From an uncultured Alphaproteobacteria bacterium (GTDB lineage: Bacteria > Pseudomonadota > Alphaproteobacteria > ATCC43930 > CGMCC-115725): DNA of 64,000 nucleotides. The first letter of the stretch is position 1. Each line of letters begins with the position of its first letter. Positions 27,944 to 38,398 of the stretch are shown piece after piece. Below the pieces are notes generated by a model, which saw only the letters and a program-made list of their open reading frames with translations, searched no databases and had not been told where the DNA came from. The stretch lies in assembly GCA_963785735.1 (NCBI GenBank), contig CAWAWJ010000001.1, positions 196,873-260,872 of the forward strand, given 5' to 3'. The translations under genes and the position numbers were made by a program.

Positions 27944-28150
27944 CGTCCCCCCTCCCCGCGCGTTTTTTTAACCATAGGCCGGGGACGAAACATCTTCCAG
28001 GCCGGAACGGGAGGCCGTTATGCGGGCCCGAAGCCAGTTGCCGCAAGACCAGAAGCGTCCAACGCGCGGCCGGAGGCGGGGCGCCCTACGAAGATCGTGG
28101 TAAATCCGCGAGTTTGGCGCCGAGATTAACCAGACTGATCGCGGCGTTAA

Positions 28151-28290
28151 GACTTCATCAACCAATTACTATATTCGATCAAGACTAACTGTCGGTATTT
28201 CTTCTATGTTATTACATATTATTACCTAAATAACAAAATTCTTTGCACGAATACTTATTTATATATTGGAAATTCTTGCACATTAGGCTA
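28151..28290 (+). promoter_or_regulatory. Strongly AT-rich promoter/regulatory island upstream of the EPS locus
   Basis: By my base count 39 of 140 nt are G or C (about 28 percent) in an otherwise GC-rich window. Contains near-identical direct repeats AAATTCTTTGCAC (28236-28248) and AAATTCTTGCAC (28270-28281). Confidence 0.55.
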
Positions 28291-28402
28291 CAAGCTTGAC
28301 AGCGGCGCCTCCCAACGTCGGAGGCTTTGACAGGTCGGTGGTTCGCAGAACGCGCATCCGGTCCGTCTCGCGTCCTTGGATTGAGAAGGAACGAGAGCGA
28401 AC

Positions 28403-29818
28403 ATGTTGCGTATCTTCGGCCACTTCGTGCCCGTGCCCGCCTTGCTGGTGGGCCTGTGCGAAATTTTCCTGATCTCGCTGGCGCTGCTCATCGCGCTCGG
28501 GCCCGCCCCGGCCGAGGCGCTGGTTCAAATCCATTTCATCTCGCCCTCCATGCAATTCACCGCCGGATTCACGGGCCTGGCGATCGGCGCCATGAGCGTG
28601 GTCGGGCTTTACAACTACGACGTCTTCCTCAATTCGCGCGTGATGATCACCAAGATCGTGGTGGCGCTGGCGCTGGTCGTGCCGGTGGCGGCGTTGCTGT
28701 GCGCCTTCTTCGCCAACGAGGCCTATGGCGGCCATTTGGGCTCCTGGGCGGCGTTGTGCTTCAAGGGCAGCCTCGCCTGGATGGGCGGCGTGATCGTGAC
28801 GCGCGTGGGCTTCCTCCATTATTCCAGGGTCGAGAGCTTCCGCCGCCGCATCATCGTGCTCGGCACCGGCGTGAGGGCGGCGCGCATCGCCGAATTGGCC
28901 AGTTCCGGCCGCAACCGCTATTTCGTGCCCAAGGCCTTCGTCCACGCCCATGGCGACATGCACCTGGTTTCGGGCTCGGCGCTCGACCTCGACCAGACCA
29001 AGGACCAGCACGCGCTCGCCAAATTCGCCCGCGAGGTGCGCGCCAAGGAAGTGGTGGTGGCGACCGACGACCGCCGCGGCATGCCGTTGACCCAGCTGCT
29101 CCATTGCAAGATCGCCGGCGTCAACGTGGTCGATTACCTGACCTTCTGGGAGCGCGAGAACGGCCGCGTCGATATCGAGGCGTTGCAGCCGAGCTGGCTG
29201 ATCTTCTCCGACGGCTTCCGCCAGGGCGCGGTGGTCGACGCCATGAAGCGCGTCTTCGACCTCGTCATGAGCTTCATCCTGCTGACCGCGACCTTGCCGG
29301 TCATCGCCTTGACCGCGCTTGCCATCAGGCTCGAAAGCCCCGGCCCGGTGCTCTACCGCCAGGAGCGCAGCGGTTATCACGGCCGGCCCTTCACCCTCTT
29401 CAAGTTCCGCAGCATGCGCCCGGACGCCGAAATCGGCGGCACGCCGCAATGGGCCGCCCAAGCCGATCCGCGCGTGACCCGCGTGGGCGCGATCATCCGC
29501 AAATACCGCATCGACGAGCTGCCGCAGCTTTTCAACGTGTTCCGCGGCCAGATGAGCTTCGTCGGCCCGCGCCCCGAGCGGCCGTTTTTCGTCACGCAAC
29601 TGGCCCGGGACATTCCGTTCTACGAGGAGCGCCACGCGGTGAAGCCGGGCATCACCGGCTGGGCCCAGGTCAATTGCTCCTACGGCGCCTCGCTCGACGA
29701 CGCGCGCCTGAAGCTCGCCTACGACCTTTATTACGTGAAGAACCGCACCCTGTTCCTCGACATCGTGATCCTGATCCAGACCGTCCGGGTGATCCTGTTC
29801 CACGAGGGGGCGCGCTAG
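28403..29818 (+). CDS. Polyprenyl-phosphate sugar phosphotransferase (priming transferase; EpsB-type, PEP-CTERM-system associated)
   Basis: 471 aa. N-terminal TM helices, then a bacterial sugar transferase domain ([13 protein letters not shown]..., [45 protein letters not shown]). Confidence 0.85.
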   Translation: MLRIFGHFVPVPALLVGLCEIFLISLALLIALGPAPAEALVQIHFISPSMQFTAGFTGLAIGAMSVVGLYNYDVFLNSRVMITKIVVALALVVPVAALLCAFFANEAYGGHLGSWAALCFKGSLAWMGGVIVTRVGFLHYSRVESFRRRIIVLGTGVRAARIAELASSGRNRYFVPKAFVHAHGDMHLVSGSALDLDQTKDQHALAKFAREVRAKEVVVATDDRRGMPLTQLLHCKIAGVNVVDYLTFWERENGRVDIEALQPSWLIFSDGFRQGAVVDAMKRVFDLVMSFILLTATLPVIALTALAIRLESPGPVLYRQERSGYHGRPFTLFKFRSMRPDAEIGGTPQWAAQADPRVTRVGAIIRKYRIDELPQLFNVFRGQMSFVGPRPERPFFVTQLARDIPFYEERHAVKPGITGWAQVNCSYGASLDDARLKLAYDLYYVKNRTLFLDIVILIQTVRVILFHEGAR

Positions 29819-29822
29819 AGCC

Positions 29823-31847
29823 ATGGACTTCGCCCCGGTCACGGCATCGATCTGCGCCGGCGCCTTCGCCGCGCTGTTCCTGTTCACGCTGGCGCGCGGC
29901 AAGCCCTCGCGCGAGGGCCGCTTCGTGCTGGCCGCGTCGGCGGCGACGGTGTTGTGGGCGCTCGCAACCGCGTTCGGCGGCGCGGCGCTCGGCGATTTCG
30001 TGCCGCTGCTGGAGACCGTGCAGGGCCTGATCTGGCTCGCGTTGCTGGCGATGCTGCTGCGGCCGCAGCCGGGCGACGCGAAGCGCCTCTCCTATTGGCG
30101 GGCCGCGATCTGGGGCGGATGCGTGGCCGGTCTTTCGGTCATAGCCGACGATCTGGTGCATTGGGCCGGGGCGGGCGATCTCGCCGTGCCGCAGATCCTG
30201 GCGCGCGAGGGACTGGCCGTGGCCGGGCTGCTGCTGGTCGAGAATCTCTACCGCAACACCGAGCAGAAGCGGCTCTGGAACGTGGCGCCGTTGTGCATCG
30301 CCATCGGCGGCTTCTTCGCCTATCAGCTGTTCCTCTATTCGAACGCGCTCTTGACCGGGCACGTCAATCCGCTCTTCGCCGAGGCGCGGCTGGCGGCGAC
30401 GGCGCTGAGCGCGCCCTTCCTGGCGCTCACGCTGGCGCGCAACCGCGACTGGCGCATCGACATCCATATTTCACGCCGGGTCGTGTTCCACACCTTCACC
30501 CTGGTGGTGAGCGGCGGATTCCTGCTCGCGGTCGCGGCGCTGGGCGCGGCGGTTCACGAGATGGGCGGCGCATGGGGCCCGGCGGTGCAGGTGATATCGC
30601 TGTTCGGCGCGATCCTGGTGCTGGCGCTGGTGCTGTCCTCGGGCGGCGCACGGGCGCGGTTCAAATACCTGGTGTCGCGGAATTTCTTCTCGCTGCGCTA
30701 CGACTACCGCCTCGAATGGATGAACTTCATCGAGACCCTGTCGGCGCGCGGCGAGGGCGAGGATTTGAAGCATCGCGTGATCGAGGCGGTGGCCAATATC
30801 GTCGACAGCCCGCGCGGCGCGCTGTGGCTGATCGACGGCCAAGCAGGATACCGCCCGGCGGCGGGCTTCGACTTGCGGCTGGCTTCGGGCGCGCGTGAAT
30901 CGGCGGACGGCGCTTTCGTCGCCGGTTTCCGCGGCGGCGCCTGGATCCAGGACATGACCCAGGAAATCGCTTCCCCGGACGATCCCGCGAACTGGCGCGC
31001 GAGCGCCGATTTCTGGCTGGCGGTGCCGTTGACGCATCGCGGACGCCTGATCGGTTTCATCACGCTCACCCGCCCGCGCGCGCCGCTCGACCTCAATTGG
31101 GAAAGCTTCGAGCTGCTCCGCGCCGTGGCGCGCCAGGCGGCGAGCTATATCTGCGAGGAACGCGCGGCGCAGGCGCTGGCGGATGCGCGCGGCCTCGAGC
31201 AATACGGCAAGCGTTTCGCCTTCCTCGGCCACGACATCAAGAACCTGGCGGGCCAATTGCGGCTGATCGCCGAAAACGCGAGGATTCACGGCGACGATCC
31301 CGCTTTCCGCGCCGACGCCTTCCGCACCATCGAAAGCTCGGTCGCGCGCATGAACAAGCTCTTGTCGCAAATGAAGGCGGGCGCGGCGGAGCCGGCCCTT
31401 GCCGATCCGGCCGCTCTGATCGCCGAGGTGGCGCGCGATCTTTCCGGCCCCGGCCTGGAAGTCCAGGCCGAAATTCGCGGCACCGGAGCCGTCCGCATCG
31501 AGGCCGAAAAGCTTCGCTCGGCCCTGACCCATCTCGTCAGCAACGCCATCGAGGCCTCGCGCCCGGGCCAGGCCGTAATCCTGCGCGTTGGGATCGAGGC
31601 GGGCAATCTCGTCATCGAGGTCGCCGATCGCGGCCCCGGCATGACGCATGAATTCATAGAGAGCGATCTGTTCCGTCCGCTCCGCACCACCAAGGCGGGC
31701 GGCCACGGCATCGGCGCCTATCAGACGCGCGAGCTCATTCGCGCGGCGGGCGGCGAGATCGACGTCGTTTCATCCCCCGGCGCTGGCACCACCATGCGCA
31801 TCGTACTTCCCCTAGCGAGTGAAGGAGCCGTCTCAACCGCGGCGTAA
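29823..31847 (+). CDS. prsK: PEP-CTERM-system histidine kinase PrsK
   Basis: 674 aa. The polytopic N-terminal half, GAF-like middle, H-box FLGHDIKNLAGQL and HATPase (GGHGIGAY) give the PrsK size and layout. Lies immediately upstream of prsR and prsT. Confidence 0.8.
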   Translation: MDFAPVTASICAGAFAALFLFTLARGKPSREGRFVLAASAATVLWALATAFGGAALGDFVPLLETVQGLIWLALLAMLLRPQPGDAKRLSYWRAAIWGGCVAGLSVIADDLVHWAGAGDLAVPQILAREGLAVAGLLLVENLYRNTEQKRLWNVAPLCIAIGGFFAYQLFLYSNALLTGHVNPLFAEARLAATALSAPFLALTLARNRDWRIDIHISRRVVFHTFTLVVSGGFLLAVAALGAAVHEMGGAWGPAVQVISLFGAILVLALVLSSGGARARFKYLVSRNFFSLRYDYRLEWMNFIETLSARGEGEDLKHRVIEAVANIVDSPRGALWLIDGQAGYRPAAGFDLRLASGARESADGAFVAGFRGGAWIQDMTQEIASPDDPANWRASADFWLAVPLTHRGRLIGFITLTRPRAPLDLNWESFELLRAVARQAASYICEERAAQALADARGLEQYGKRFAFLGHDIKNLAGQLRLIAENARIHGDDPAFRADAFRTIESSVARMNKLLSQMKAGAAEPALADPAALIAEVARDLSGPGLEVQAEIRGTGAVRIEAEKLRSALTHLVSNAIEASRPGQAVILRVGIEAGNLVIEVADRGPGMTHEFIESDLFRPLRTTKAGGHGIGAYQTRELIRAAGGEIDVVSSPGAGTTMRIVLPLASEGAVSTAA

Positions 31848-31851
31848 TGTC

Positions 31852-33213
31852 ATGAAAGACAGCAAAACCCACATTCTTCTGGTCGAGGACGATGAAGGCC
31901 AGGCGCGCCAATACAAATGGGCGCTCGGCGATTTCGAGGTCGCCTTGGCCGGCGACCGCGAGAACGCGATAGCCGAATTCCGGCGCGTGCGCCCGGCGGT
32001 GGTGGTGCTCGATCTGGGATTGCCGCCCGATTCCGACGGGGCCGGCGAAGGCATCGCCACGCTCGAATCCATCCTGGCCATGGCGCCCGAGACCAAGATC
32101 ATCGTCGCCACCGGCAATGAAAGCCGCGAGGTGGCGCTGCGCGCCGTCCAGCTCGGCGCCTACGACTTCCATCATAAGCCGGTCGATCTCGAGGTCTTGA
32201 AGCTGATGATCGCGCGGGCGTCGAAGCTGCACGCGATCGAGGCCGAGAACCGCCGCTTGCAGGAGCTGTCGGCGCGCTCGCCGGTCGATGGCATCGTCGC
32301 GGCCAGCCCGCAAATGACCCGCGTTCTGCGCACCGTCGAGAAGATCGCGCCCACCGACGTCGCGGTGCTGTTGCTCGGCGAAAGCGGCACCGGCAAGGAG
32401 GTGCTGGCCCAGACGGTTCACCGCCTGAGCGCGCGCGCCAAGAAGCCCTTCGTCGCCATCAATTGCGCGGCGATCCCCGAGACCCTGCTGGAAAGCGAAC
32501 TCTTCGGCCATGAGAAAGGCGCCTTCACCGGCGCCGTCAAGCAGACCATCGGCAAGATCGAAGGCGCCAATGGCGGAACCCTGTTCCTCGACGAGATCGG
32601 CGACGTGCCGTTGCCGATGCAGGTGAAGCTGCTGCGTTTCCTCCAGGACCAGGTGGTGGAGCGCGTCGGCGGCCACCGCCCGATCCAGGTCGATGTGCGC
32701 ATCGTCTGCGCCACCAACCAGGATCTCGACCATCTCATCGGCACCGGCCGCTTCCGCGAGGATTTGTATTATCGCCTGAACGAAGTCCGGGTGATCGTGC
32801 CGCCCCTGCGCGAGCGCGAAGGCGACCCGGTTCTGCTCGCCAATTACTTCCTGAAGAAGTTCAACGAGCTGTTCGACCGCAAGATCAAGAGCTTCGCCTC
32901 CGACGCGCTCACCGCCATCGCCGTCCATCCGTGGCGCGGCAATGTGCGCGAGCTGGAAAACCGCGTGAAACGGGCGGTGGTGATGGCCGAAGGCGCCGCG
33001 ATATCGGCGTCGGACCTCGAACTCGCCCCGGCCGAGCTGCCTTTCGGCTCGCTCGATTTGCGCGAAGCGCGGGCGCGCGCCGAGCGCGGCGTCATCCAGA
33101 TGGCGCTGGCGCAAAGCGGCGGCAATCTGTCGCGCGCCTCGAAACTCCTGGGCATCAGCCGGCCGACACTCTACGGCCTGCTCGAAGGCCTCGGTCTCGA
33201 AGCGCATTCCTGA
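31852..33213 (+). CDS. prsR: Sigma-54-dependent response regulator PrsR (PEP-CTERM-box regulator)
   Basis: Start ATG 31852 (MKDSKTHILLVEDDEG). REC domain, AAA+ sigma-54 interaction domain (GESGTGKE, GAFTGA, ESELFGHEKGAFTGA) and a C-terminal Fis-type HTH. Confidence 0.85.
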   Translation: MKDSKTHILLVEDDEGQARQYKWALGDFEVALAGDRENAIAEFRRVRPAVVVLDLGLPPDSDGAGEGIATLESILAMAPETKIIVATGNESREVALRAVQLGAYDFHHKPVDLEVLKLMIARASKLHAIEAENRRLQELSARSPVDGIVAASPQMTRVLRTVEKIAPTDVAVLLLGESGTGKEVLAQTVHRLSARAKKPFVAINCAAIPETLLESELFGHEKGAFTGAVKQTIGKIEGANGGTLFLDEIGDVPLPMQVKLLRFLQDQVVERVGGHRPIQVDVRIVCATNQDLDHLIGTGRFREDLYYRLNEVRVIVPPLREREGDPVLLANYFLKKFNELFDRKIKSFASDALTAIAVHPWRGNVRELENRVKRAVVMAEGAAISASDLELAPAELPFGSLDLREARARAERGVIQMALAQSGGNLSRASKLLGISRPTLYGLLEGLGLEAHS

Positions 33214-33224
33214 GTTTCCGGAGA

Positions 33225-36011
33225 ATGACCATGACCAAATCCCCCCGCCTCCTCATCCGCGCCCTGCCCGTGCTGCTCGCGCTTGGCGCGTGGCCGCAAG
33301 CCGGCTTCGCCGACGCCTATGCCGATTCGGCGCAAAATCTCATCGACCAGGGCAACCTCAAGGGCGCGGTCATCGAATTGCGCAACGCCGCGCGCAACCA
33401 GCCGCAGAACGCCGACATCCATCTGCGTCTGACGCAGGTCTATCTCGATCTCGGCAACATCCCCGCCGCCGACGCCGAAATCCGCAACGCCATCGCCCAG
33501 GGCGCCGAGGAAGCCAAGAGCGCGCCGTTGCTGGGCCAGGTCCTGCTGCGCGAGGGCAAGTTCGGCCAGGTGCTCAAGGAAGTGCCGGCCGGCAACCGCC
33601 CGGCCGAGGCCGAAAGCGCCGTGCGCCTGGCGCGCGGCCAGGCCTATCTGGGATTGCATCAGTTGAGCGACGCCGAATCCGCGCTGCGGGAATCCGAACG
33701 GCTCGCCCCCAACACCGCCGACCCGAAGCTGGGCCTGTCGCGGCTGCTGATGGCGAAAAACCAGGCCGCGGACGCCGAAGGCAAGGTGGACGAGGCGCTG
33801 GGCATCAATGCGCATAGCGACCGCGCGCTCATCATGAAGGCGGAATTCCTGCGCCAGCGCGGCGATTACGACGGCGCGCTCGCGCGTTACAACGACATCC
33901 TCGGGCGCGAAAAGCTGAACGTTCCGGCGCTGCTCGGCCGGGCCAATATCGAGATCGCCAAGAACAATCTGGACGCGGCATCGAAGGACGTTCAAGACGC
34001 CGCGGCCGAGAGCCCGAACAATCCCGAGGGAGCCTATCTCCTCGCGCTGGTTTACGCGCGCCAGGGCAATTACGCCAAGGCCAGCGACCTCCTGGAGAAA
34101 TTCTCGGTGCAGCTCGGAAGTTTCCCGGCGGCCATCCTGCTCACTGGCGTGGTCGAGTTCTCGCAGAACCAGCTGGCGCAGGCCGAAGCCAATCTGACGC
34201 GCTTCACCGCGCGCGTGCCCAACAACGCGCTCGCGACCCGGCTCCTGGCCGATATCGCGCTGCGCCAGGGCCAGCCGGCCAAGGCGATTGCCGTGCTCGA
34301 GCCCCTGACCCAGGCCGATGCCGGCGATGCGGCGGCCTGGGCGCTCCTGGCCGACGCCTATGTCGCGGCCGGCAACAACGCCAAGGCGTCGAACGCCATC
34401 GACCACGCTTCCTCGCTCGCCCCGAACAATCCGCGCATCGGCACCGAATTGGCGGTGTCGCGTTTCTATGTCGGCCAGACCGACCTGGCGCTGCAACAGC
34501 TCGAACATCTGTTCCAGACCACCGGCGGCACCGAGATCGCCGGACCCGCGCTCATCGTCTCCGATCTGCGCGCGCACCGCATCGACGAGGCGGCCAAGGC
34601 GGCGGACATCCTGGTGAAGCAGCGCCCGAACGACCTGGTGGCGCAGAACCTGCTGGGATTGGTGCGCGTGGCGCAATCCGACCTGGTCGGCGCCGAGCGC
34701 ATCTTCGCCGGCCTCTACAGCCAGCATCCGGAATTCACCGTCGCCGGCATCAACCTGGCCCAGGTCTATCTGGGCGAAGGGCGGCCGGAGGACGCATTGA
34801 CCACGTTCCGCGCCATGATCTCGCGCGACGACGGCAATGTCGGCATGCGCATGGCGATGGCCAATGTGCTGGCCTCGATGCAGCGCAACGACGAGGCGGT
34901 GGCCGCCTTGCAGCGCGCGAGCGCGATCGATCCCAAGAACCCGGCTCCCGGCCTGGCGATAGCCAACATCTATGCCGGGCAGAAGAATTGGCAGAAGGCG
35001 GTCAACACCATGCGCCCGATGGTCCAGCAATTCCCCACTTCCATCGCGGTGCTGGACATGATGGGACGCATCCAGATCTCCACCAAGGACAATGCCGGCG
35101 CGCTGGCAACCTATCGCCGCGCCGTCGAGGTCGCGCCCAACAATGCCGCGCTCTATGACCGCTTCGCCGGGGCGCTCGCGCTCGCCGGCAATTGGACCGC
35201 CTCGCGCGACGCGCTGCGGCGCGCGGTCGCGCTCGACCCCGGCAATCCCGGCTACAAGGAAGGATTGATCGAGACCGAATACAAGATCGGCGGCAAGACG
35301 CAAGCGATGTCCGCCGGCCAGGCGCTGATCTCGACCGGCGACAGCCCGGCCCTGCCGGCGCAATGGACCGCGGCGGCGTTGGGGCGCGACGGAAAATTCG
35401 CCGACGCCGTGGCGCTCCTGACCAGCGCCGCGCAAGCCAGCCCCTCCGAGACGGCGACGGTGCAGCTCGCGATTCTGACGGCGAATGCGGGCGACTCCGC
35501 CAAGAGCATAACGCTGCTCAAGGCCTGGATAGACCGCAACCCCAACAGCCTGGCGGCGATGCACGCCTTGGCCGATCTCTATCTCGGCACCCGCGATTAC
35601 GCCTCGGCCGAAGCGACGTTCCAGGCGATCCAGGCCAAGGCGCCGAACGACGTCGTCGTGCTCAACAACCTGGCCTGGCTCTATCAGCGCCGCGGCGACA
35701 GCCGCGCGCTCGACATGGCGCGGCAGGCCTATCGCCTGGCGCCGCTCGCGCCCTCGGTGGCCGACACCTATGGCTGGGTGCTGTTGTCCTCGGGCGACGT
35801 CAACCACGCGATGCCGGCCTTGCGCATGGCGAACTACGCCATGCCCGACGACCCGGCGATCCAGTATCACCTCGCCGTGGCGTTCAGCAAGACGGGCGAC
35901 AATAGCGACGCCCGCCAGTTGCTGGAGAAAGCGGTCGCCAACCCGGCGGCGTTCGACGGCAAGCAGCAGGCGAGCGACATGCTGCACGGGCTCCCCGCCA
36001 AGGCGAACTGA
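33225..36011 (+). CDS. prsT: PEP-CTERM-system TPR-repeat protein PrsT
   Basis: In-frame part of ORF 32931..36011, start ATG 33225 (signal peptide MTMTKSPRLLIRALPVLLALGAWPQAGFA). About 925 aa of tandem TPR-like repeats, in the position after prsK-prsR. Confidence 0.75.
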   Translation: MTMTKSPRLLIRALPVLLALGAWPQAGFADAYADSAQNLIDQGNLKGAVIELRNAARNQPQNADIHLRLTQVYLDLGNIPAADAEIRNAIAQGAEEAKSAPLLGQVLLREGKFGQVLKEVPAGNRPAEAESAVRLARGQAYLGLHQLSDAESALRESERLAPNTADPKLGLSRLLMAKNQAADAEGKVDEALGINAHSDRALIMKAEFLRQRGDYDGALARYNDILGREKLNVPALLGRANIEIAKNNLDAASKDVQDAAAESPNNPEGAYLLALVYARQGNYAKASDLLEKFSVQLGSFPAAILLTGVVEFSQNQLAQAEANLTRFTARVPNNALATRLLADIALRQGQPAKAIAVLEPLTQADAGDAAAWALLADAYVAAGNNAKASNAIDHASSLAPNNPRIGTELAVSRFYVGQTDLALQQLEHLFQTTGGTEIAGPALIVSDLRAHRIDEAAKAADILVKQRPNDLVAQNLLGLVRVAQSDLVGAERIFAGLYSQHPEFTVAGINLAQVYLGEGRPEDALTTFRAMISRDDGNVGMRMAMANVLASMQRNDEAVAALQRASAIDPKNPAPGLAIANIYAGQKNWQKAVNTMRPMVQQFPTSIAVLDMMGRIQISTKDNAGALATYRRAVEVAPNNAALYDRFAGALALAGNWTASRDALRRAVALDPGNPGYKEGLIETEYKIGGKTQAMSAGQALISTGDSPALPAQWTAAALGRDGKFADAVALLTSAAQASPSETATVQLAILTANAGDSAKSITLLKAWIDRNPNSLAAMHALADLYLGTRDYASAEATFQAIQAKAPNDVVVLNNLAWLYQRRGDSRALDMARQAYRLAPLAPSVADTYGWVLLSSGDVNHAMPALRMANYAMPDDPAIQYHLAVAFSKTGDNSDARQLLEKAVANPAAFDGKQQASDMLHGLPAKAN

Positions 36012-36032
36012 CGGTCTGACGAAGCCGGGTTT

Positions 36033-37127
36033 TCAGCGGCGGGGCGGCTGGCCACTCGCGTCGAGGAGAGCCTTGATCTCGAGCGGGGTCGCGAAGCGGC
36101 CCTTGACCTCGTTGAGAAAGAAATCGAACAAGCCTTCGAGCGCATCGAGAAAACGCGCCAGGTCATTGGCGTCGCGCACATAGGGCGCGCCGCCCGGCAT
36201 CAGCGACGGGCTGTGATAGCTCAGATTGAAGATGCGTTGGCCTTGCGCCAATTGGTTCCGGACCAGGCGGATCTGCTCGGCGAGGCTGTAGCCCTCGGGC
36301 GAAAGCTGGATGCGCTCGATGAGATGGAGCCGCGAGGCCAAGGCCTTGATCTTGAACCGGTTGCCGGCTTGGGTGTCGATCCAGGGATAGAGCGATTTCG
36401 CCCGCGCCCCGAGCCAGCCGGCATGGCCGATGGTGAGCGGAATGCCGAGCCGGCGCGCGCCTTCGCCGAAGCGGAAGGGATGAAAGCCGAAGCCCGAGAA
36501 ATCCGGGCCGAAGCGGCGCGAGAGATCGATGCCCGGCAGCACGCTGACATCGACCTCGTAGCCGAGCCGGTCGATCAGCGCGAGGCTGTACGGGCCGATG
36601 CCGTAACGCCCCGCGCGGTAGACCAGGGGCTTGACGCCGAGATTGCGCTCGATCGCCCCGGTCAGCGCCTGGAGCTTCTCGCTCTCGACATGGGGCGCGA
36701 GATTGCCGGGATAGGAGTGAATATCGCTTATCTCCTCGACCTCGGGCGGGTTGACCCAGGGGTGAAGATGCGCGCCGATCAGCGCACGGTCGCCGGCGAG
36801 GAATTCGCGCAACGGGCCGTAGCCCGCGCTCTGGCTCGCCACCGCGTAATCGACGACATAGGTCGGCTTGACGCCGTAACGGTCGAAGAGGCGTTGCGCC
36901 TTTTCCTGATGCGCGAGGTTGCGCACGCTGTTCGATTCCCGGCTGAAGGGCTTCGACCAGTCGAACTCCTCCTCGGTGTCGATCACGACCTGGAGCAGCG
37001 GCTGCATAGCGGCGTCCACCGGCGCCGGCCACAGCGTCTCGCCGTGGAAGCGGAAAGACGGCGTTCCGGCGGGCGCGGGACCGGGCAAGGGTTCGCGCGC
37101 AACCGGCTGCAATGCAACGCGGCTCAT
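36033..37127 (-). CDS. Putative polysaccharide deacetylase/hydrolase-like protein (divergent, WalW-type)
   Basis: 364 aa. VVIDTEEEFDW near the N-terminus and overall resemblance, from memory, to proteins annotated WalW/polysaccharide deacetylase. Last gene of a 5-gene coupled operon. Weak call. Confidence 0.45.
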   Translation of the reverse strand: MSRVALQPVAREPLPGPAPAGTPSFRFHGETLWPAPVDAAMQPLLQVVIDTEEEFDWSKPFSRESNSVRNLAHQEKAQRLFDRYGVKPTYVVDYAVASQSAGYGPLREFLAGDRALIGAHLHPWVNPPEVEEISDIHSYPGNLAPHVESEKLQALTGAIERNLGVKPLVYRAGRYGIGPYSLALIDRLGYEVDVSVLPGIDLSRRFGPDFSGFGFHPFRFGEGARRLGIPLTIGHAGWLGARAKSLYPWIDTQAGNRFKIKALASRLHLIERIQLSPEGYSLAEQIRLVRNQLAQGQRIFNLSYHSPSLMPGGAPYVRDANDLARFLDALEGLFDFFLNEVKGRFATPLEIKALLDASGQPPRR

Positions 37128-38398
37128 GGCACCCCTCCCATCGCCGCTTCGCGGCTTCGCCCGGCCAGAACCCGCTTGAAAAGCTCGATCTGGCCCGAAG
37201 TGGTCGCGTCCCAGGAGAAATTCTCGGCATAGGCCCGGACATCGTCGCGCGAAGGCTTTGCCTGGAACAACGCCGCCACGCCCTCGGCCACGCCCGATGC
37301 CGAAAGCGAGGGCATCAACACGCCCGCGGCGGGACCGGCCACGATCTCGGGATTGCCCCAGGCGCGCGAAGCCACCACCGGCGTGCCGCAGGCCAAGGAT
37401 TCGAGCAGCACATTGGCCCAGCCCTCGCGGGAGGAGGCCAGCACCAGCGCGTCGGCGGCGGAATAGATCGCGGGAAGTTTGTCGTGCGGCACCGCGCCGA
37501 GGAAACGGATTCGCGTTTCGAGTCCGAGCCGGCGGGCGAATTCCTCAAGATCGGCCCGGTCGGGCCCCTCGCCGGCGATCAGCAGCGTATAGCCCGGCAA
37601 GCCGGCCAGCGCCTCGATCACCAGGCGATGGCCCTTGCGCGCGATCAGATGCCCGACCGAGAGCAGCACCGGCCCGGGCCCAAGGCCGAGCGATGCCCGC
37701 GCGGATTGGCGGTCGAGCGGCCGGAATTGCGCGAGATCGACGCCGTTCCGGAGCGTGCGCACCTGCGCGGGATCGACGCCCAATTGGATAAGCGCCTGGC
37801 GCAGGGCTTCGGCCACGGTAATCACGGCGGCGGCGCGGCACGCCGCCCAGCGAATCATGAATCGGGGCAGGAGATGGCGCGGGATCAGATTGACGTCGGT
37901 GCCGCGCGCGGTGAGCACCACGGGCTTGCCCAGGGTTCGGCCCAGCATCACGGCGGCGACGCCGTCGGGATAAAGATAATGCGCGTCGATCAGATCGAAA
38001 TCCTGTTCGGCTTTGAGGCGCTTCAACACCGGCAGCGCCGCCGCATAGAGCAGCGCCGGCGCCAGGCTCATGCCGAATTTCGGCAGAACCGGATAACGCG
38101 GATGCAGCACCGTCAGGCCGAAGCGGGTTTCACGCCGCGCCACGCGGGCGAAATCGCCGTAACGGCCGAAACGCGGATGCGCGAACGGAAACCAGGGCAC
38201 CGGCGCCACCACCCGCGCCTCGATATTTCCGCCGGCGATCAGGTGCCGCAGGCGGTTCTCGACGAAGACGCCGTGATGGGGCTGGGCGTTATTGGGATAG
38301 AGCGTGGTGAAGGTAAGGATGCGCAAGGACGCGGCCCCCATCCCGCCCTTGGGATTTCCGAAGGCGCCGCCCGAATCCGGCGCGTAGGCGACGGTCAT
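37124..38398 (-). CDS. Glycosyltransferase family 4 (GT-B, group 1)
   Basis: In-frame part of ORF 37124..38839. Start ATG 38396-38398 overlaps the upstream stop (ATGA). Has the E-X7-E region SREGWANVLLESLACGTPVVAS. Confidence 0.8.
   Translation of the reverse strand: MTVAYAPDSGGAFGNPKGGMGAASLRILTFTTLYPNNAQPHHGVFVENRLRHLIAGGNIEARVVAPVPWFPFAHPRFGRYGDFARVARRETRFGLTVLHPRYPVLPKFGMSLAPALLYAAALPVLKRLKAEQDFDLIDAHYLYPDGVAAVMLGRTLGKPVVLTARGTDVNLIPRHLLPRFMIRWAACRAAAVITVAEALRQALIQLGVDPAQVRTLRNGVDLAQFRPLDRQSARASLGLGPGPVLLSVGHLIARKGHRLVIEALAGLPGYTLLIAGEGPDRADLEEFARRLGLETRIRFLGAVPHDKLPAIYSAADALVLASSREGWANVLLESLACGTPVVASRAWGNPEIVAGPAAGVLMPSLSASGVAEGVAALFQAKPSRDDVRAYAENFSWDATTSGQIELFKRVLAGRSREAAMGGVP

Noticed and set aside
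28267-28280. Sigma-54-like element TGG-aaattc-TTGCA upstream of the EPS operon. This was attractive because PrsR is a sigma-54 activator.
   Set aside because: The GG-to-GC spacing is 8 nt, not the 10 nt of the TGGCAC-N5-TTGC consensus, and the -24 element lacks CAC. I found no better -24/-12 match by eye in 27944-28402, 41075-41309 or 59791-60033.
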